From the human T2T-CHM13v2.0 reference genome, Homo sapiens: a stretch of 64,000 nt of DNA. Position 1 is the stretch's first letter, and each line of letters begins with the position of its first letter. The notes beneath the pieces are model-generated. The model saw only the letters and a list, made by a program, of their open reading frames with translations, was not told where the DNA came from and made no database searches. The stretch lies in NCBI RefSeq assembly GCF_009914755.1, contig NC_060933.1. One strand, given 5' to 3'. Below, one piece after another: positions 58,440 to 64,000 of the stretch. The translations under genes and the position numbers were made by a program.

Positions 58440-59480
58440 CCAATCCATATGTGCCTTCCATCCTTCCATCTATCTATTCAGTGGCTGCTAGATTCTTGGA
58501 AAACAAAGATGAATAAAACTCAATTACTGCTACTCCAAAAAACTGACAAGTAAAAGGGAAATGGGCAATAAATCAGTACAATTACACAAGGTACACAAGG
58601 GGCTGTGGGGACATAGAGAAAGATATGGTCAAATCTACGTGAAGGTCAGAAAAGATTCAGTGTGTGTTTGTGTGTGTGTGTGTGCATGTGTTTGTGTGTG
58701 TGTGTGATTAAATACTTGAGAGCAGGTCTTGAAGAATGAGTGAGAGATTAATAGATGAGGTAAGACACTGGGACAAAAGAAATGCTGCATACAAAGTATG
58801 AAGTTATGAAACAACATGTAAATTTGGGACAACCATTAACAGTTCTAAAAACCTACAGTACAGAGTTTAAAGCAGGGAGGAGAGAGAACTACAGCTATGG
58901 AGAAACAAAAACAGGGGGGTATCATGAAGGAGGGCTGAATGCCCTGCGGATCATAATTCACATCCATAATTCATCATCATCAGCTACTGTCGATTGTGCT
59001 GATAGGATATATGTTTTAAATATATTATATATATTACATTTAATTCTCAAACAACCTTATGTGGAAATTAAGTCTTAGAGAGCTTAAGTAATTTTGCCCA
59101 AGATCACACGGACATGAAGTGAGGAAGCCAGGATGTGAAAACAGGTCTGTTTGATTTCAAAGCCAACAAAGGGAAGTTGCCTTGAATCTCTAGGTAATGG
59201 GAAGTTATAGGAGAATTTTTTTGTCCTTAAATGTTTTTTTGAAAAATTACATTCACTGATGGAATAGTTTTAGTTAGGTGGGAAATGGAGTTTATGTTTT
59301 TAGAAAGGTCACTCTGGGGCATGAGGCGGAAAGATTGGAGGGATGAGGCTGGAGTCAGATGAGCCAGTCTTGAGTCTGCTGGTAATAATGCAGGGGGAAA
59401 ATAAAAGCTTAGATTAGGTGGTGTTTAGGAGGGATGAGGAAGAGGATGTGGATTTACCAAATGTTTAAGAAGCAGAATCT
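58440..59480 (-). mobile_element. L2 fragment with nested (TG)n (58660-58706) and MIR (~58990-59165)
   Basis: tccatccttccatc tail, gagcaggtcttgaagaatgag, tttagaaaggtcactctgg. Confidence 0.6.
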
Positions 59481-61176
59481 GTCAGAGTAAACACACAACT
59501 TTGGCCAAAGGGGAGATTTTAAGGTCAACGATGGATAGGCTGATACACTAAAATTACCAGGTCCTATGCCAAATGCAGGGGACACAAAGACAGGCAGGGC
59601 ACGATTTCTCCTCTTGATAGCTCATGTAGCATCACAGAATCAAAGCTGTGAATTCCATTGAAATACAATAAATACCTTACAGACCACATCTCCCCCCATT
59701 ACAATCTTCAGAATCCTTAATGAGTATAGAGGCCCAAGCTGGAAACCACTGCTGTAGAACATTCTCAACCCTGTTACAAACCAGCTTGCATATAGGAGGT
59801 CCCATTTGTGCACGCTGAGACTGTCAGGACATAGAGGTTATTAACTGTCCTCCAATCTTGCCTATAATTATCAGCAACAATTTTATTAAAAACAAATGCA
59901 GGTACCATTTCTTGAATGCTGACAACATGCAAGCACTGTGCCAAGCATTTGATAATCATTACCATAGCTGTTTGCCATAATAATCCTCAGAGCAAGCCTG
60001 GTACTCCTCTTTTAATGTGGAAAACTGAGGCTCAAAGAGGGAAAATAACTCACCCAAGTTACTTTGGTTCCCTGAGGCTACCTCATTTTGTCATTTAAAA
60101 GGCATCTTGGAATTTGCCATCTTCAGAAAGACTCCATTATCCTCCCCAAAATTTTGTTACTCTCTCTCCTGGGCCCTTCTGTGCCCGACTCCTATTTCCC
60201 TGTGGTCTCTATTATGCTATACTGTAATAGATATGTAATTGACATATCTGTTTCCTTTACTGACATACAATCTTTGAAGATCTGCTTTCTCTTTGCTGCT
60301 CAGTGCCAGCACAGGGTCAGAGCAGTGCAGGTGGGACCAGTCAGTCCACTCCATGGTTTCTGAGCTGCCAGTCACTCATCTCATGCTGCCCCAGGGCCCT
60401 TGGCCATTTCCTGCACCTAACAGACCTCAGGTTCACTTCCCACATTCACTAGGCATTTGCCTGGTCCATGCCTGAGATATCCATGGCTTCAAGAGGTGCT
60501 TGTCCACTGAAAGGAAACAGGGATGGGAGCCTCAGATTCCTTGGACCAAAAGAACTCAAATTATAGCTAGTAGGCCCTAAGGTACCAACCATGTACTACC
60601 CTGTCCTGACATGATTCTCACACCTCACAGGTCCTCATTCCTGTCTGACACTTTAAATTTTCCTAAGTTCTGTCATCTCTTGCTGCCTCAGAGGGAGGCG
60701 GGATACATAGAGTAGAAGCAGCACAGACTGGGGGTCCAATCTCAGCTGTGCCCCTAATCACCTACAGGATTTCAGGCAAGGCACGTGCTCTCTGAGGTTC
60801 TCTCCTCTCTGTAGAAAGGAGAGATCACCTGTTCCAAAGGGCTACAACACTAACTGTCATTCAGGATGAATGACATCCTAAACGCAGAAGACACCTAGTA
60901 GGGCAGAGGGGCCATGTGGGCTCTGCAGACCCACGGGGTTGAGTTCATGCCTTGGCTCCTCCTCTCTCTAGCTCTGTGGGTCAAGCGGGAGTAAGGAAAA
61001 GACCATCCTCAGAGTGGCATGAAGAGTAAATGAGAGGTCAATGATGGGAGCTCAGTGCAGTGAGCCAGTGAATGGCAGCCATTGTTGAATTATAAGTGGA
61101 GCACTGCTGTAGGGCACAAATGACTCCCCCAAAATCTCACAGTGAGTTAGGTGGAGAGAAGTTTGAAATCCTGTTA

Positions 61177-61659
<483 letters not shown>

Positions 61660-62156
61660 CTATAGATCTTCTTGCAGGCAGAGCTACGGAGGCCAAAGCA
61701 GAAACAGCAAAACCACACTTGCCGGTGAGGCCCAATCCTCACTGGCATGGACAAGGGGAGAATGGGTCTACCTCACACAGCTGCCTACAGGGCAGCTCCA
61801 AGTAGCAACAGAAGACAGGTGTATAGGCAGATGTTAGCATGGCAAATGTGGCAGCCAGCTACTTTTTGCTCAATAGAACCCACATTCTGTGTAGACCTGA
61901 GGCAACAAAGTGCAATGCGGAGGGTGCACAGCTACACTGACAGCACTGCCACCCGATACTCTACCATGTTCTAGATGGTCTAGGAAAAAAATGTAGGTTT
62001 GAAGTACCCCAAATTGTTCACACTGAAAACCCCGCCAGCTGCCTTCTGTGCTGTTACTTGGAGGGAGCTGCCCTGATCTCTAGAGGTGGCAGCGTGCTGG
62101 GGAGAGCTGGCGAGACTCTCAGACTCCCACAGGAAGAGGAGAGGTCTGGACACTAA

Positions 62157-62843
<687 letters not shown>

Positions 62844-62994
62844 TGAGACAAAGGTTTCAATGCAGAAACAAACTGCAGTTCTCAGGTCACAGGAAAACCC
62901 TCGCTATTTCCCCTCCTTCCCCATTCCCCAAAGTCACGTTCATTTCCTTTGCAGGAGCTCACAGAAGTGAGATCCTCGCAAGCTCATTACCTAC

Positions 62995-63096
62995 CACGTC
63001 GTTTGGGAGGCTCTGGAGGTCATCGAAGGGGGTTTCCAGGGTGTTGGTGTCCACATTCAGGATCACGACATCATCCAGGGCCATGTTTCTGACTTT
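62995..63096 (-). CDS. DENND1A: DENND1A internal coding exon (102 nt, phase 0-0), DENN domain: [34 protein letters not shown]
   Basis: Minus strand reads ttttttctccttgcag|AAAGTCAGA...AACGACGTG|gtaggtaatg. 34 open codons. Peptide recognised as DENND1A and splices in frame to the exon at 37521. Too short for the ORF track. Confidence 0.96.
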
Positions 63097-64000
63097 CTGC
63101 AAGGAGAAAAAAATCCACAAGAGAAGGTCATTGAGGTGCCATCAAGACACACTTCCCCTGCCTTCTCTGGGGAAGAGGCATAGAGAAGGAAAGTGACATT
63201 TGACAAAGTCTTACTCTGCAGCAGGCCCAATGGTAGGAGGTTCACATTTGTTAGCTCACTGAACTCTCATAAAATCTCTGTGAGCTTGCATGACTATCCC
63301 CAAGTCCCAGGAGTGAAAAGGGTTCACAGAGGCTCAGTAACATGCCCCAGGTCACATAGCCAGAAAGTAAGAGGAATCATTACACCCCATCATCATTTTT
63401 CCCCTATATATTTAACAGACGCTGAGGTCAAAAGCTCTGTCCCCAGGAATGCTGATATACGGCTGTGTTCTTATGATATCCCCATTCAATCCAGCCCCCT
63501 AATTTAACAAAGGCTACTTGCCCATCTCTCTTTTGGATCCTGTCATTCTTGGGTATGGAATATTGTGTGTGGCCTACTGTTAACACTTCCCTTAAACGCC
63601 AAGTAGGAAGGTCACACTTTCAATTTGGTTCCATTTTCCACAGATATCCAGTTAGTAATGGCTCAGAAGCTCTGGCCATAAGCCATTATTCTACTGGCAC
63701 AGTAATAGAAAAGATGAGGGAAACTCATGCCTACAAGGTTTTCATGCTTGGTGACAGGAGAAGGGATGAACGGACAATATGGAGAAAAAAAGAATCCTGC
63801 CCCCAATCTGGCAGCAATTCCCCATAGCCTATGTGAGTCCAAGACAGGGTGTAGCCTGAGTTTTAAATTTTTAATCACACTATTTATCCGCTACTAAGAT
63901 CCATCTTTGTGTTTCTCCTGCCTACTCTCCACTCCAGGTCCCATTCAATCCTCCTTCCCCATCACGTATCAAGCGTATTCCTTTTGAGTCAGAGGCATTA

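Noticed and set aside
62075-62096. Second CTCF-like sequence (tctagAGGTGGCAGC)
   Set aside because: Only the 3' half matches; the 5' CCAC/CCAG core is missing.

Overview
Primate (almost certainly human) euchromatic DNA lying wholly inside the minus-strand gene DENND1A (connecdenn-1, a Rab35 GEF). Only two coding exons are present, both phase 0-0 with canonical AG/GT sites and both in the DENN module: 63096-62995 (102 nt, [34 protein letters not shown]) and 37521-37396 (126 nt, ISSLKNRLKKVSTTTGDGVARAFLKAQAAFFGSYRNALKIEP). They are separated by a 25,473-nt intron and followed by an intron longer than 37 kb. The rest is intronic: about 20 Alus (J, S, Y and monomers), many MIR/L2 relics, old L1M fragments, DNA-transposon fossils (MER44A, Tigger13a-like, MER1B, MER30B, MER3, MER104, an unassigned hAT element with perfect TSDs), an LTR33-like solo LTR, microsatellites and a few repeat-free islands with regulatory motifs. 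Apart from ORF 37288-37632, which overlaps the 126-nt exon, the supplied ORFs look like noise. I found no convincing new biological system. The best leads are splicing features (a tandem GTAGGT donor, an antisense Alu monomer with a ready-made poison exon beside the 126-nt exon, inverted Alu clusters), possible Alu-Alu gene conversion, and candidate enhancer/CTCF sites. Repeat families were named by eye from remembered consensus sequences, and boundaries of old repeats are approximate.
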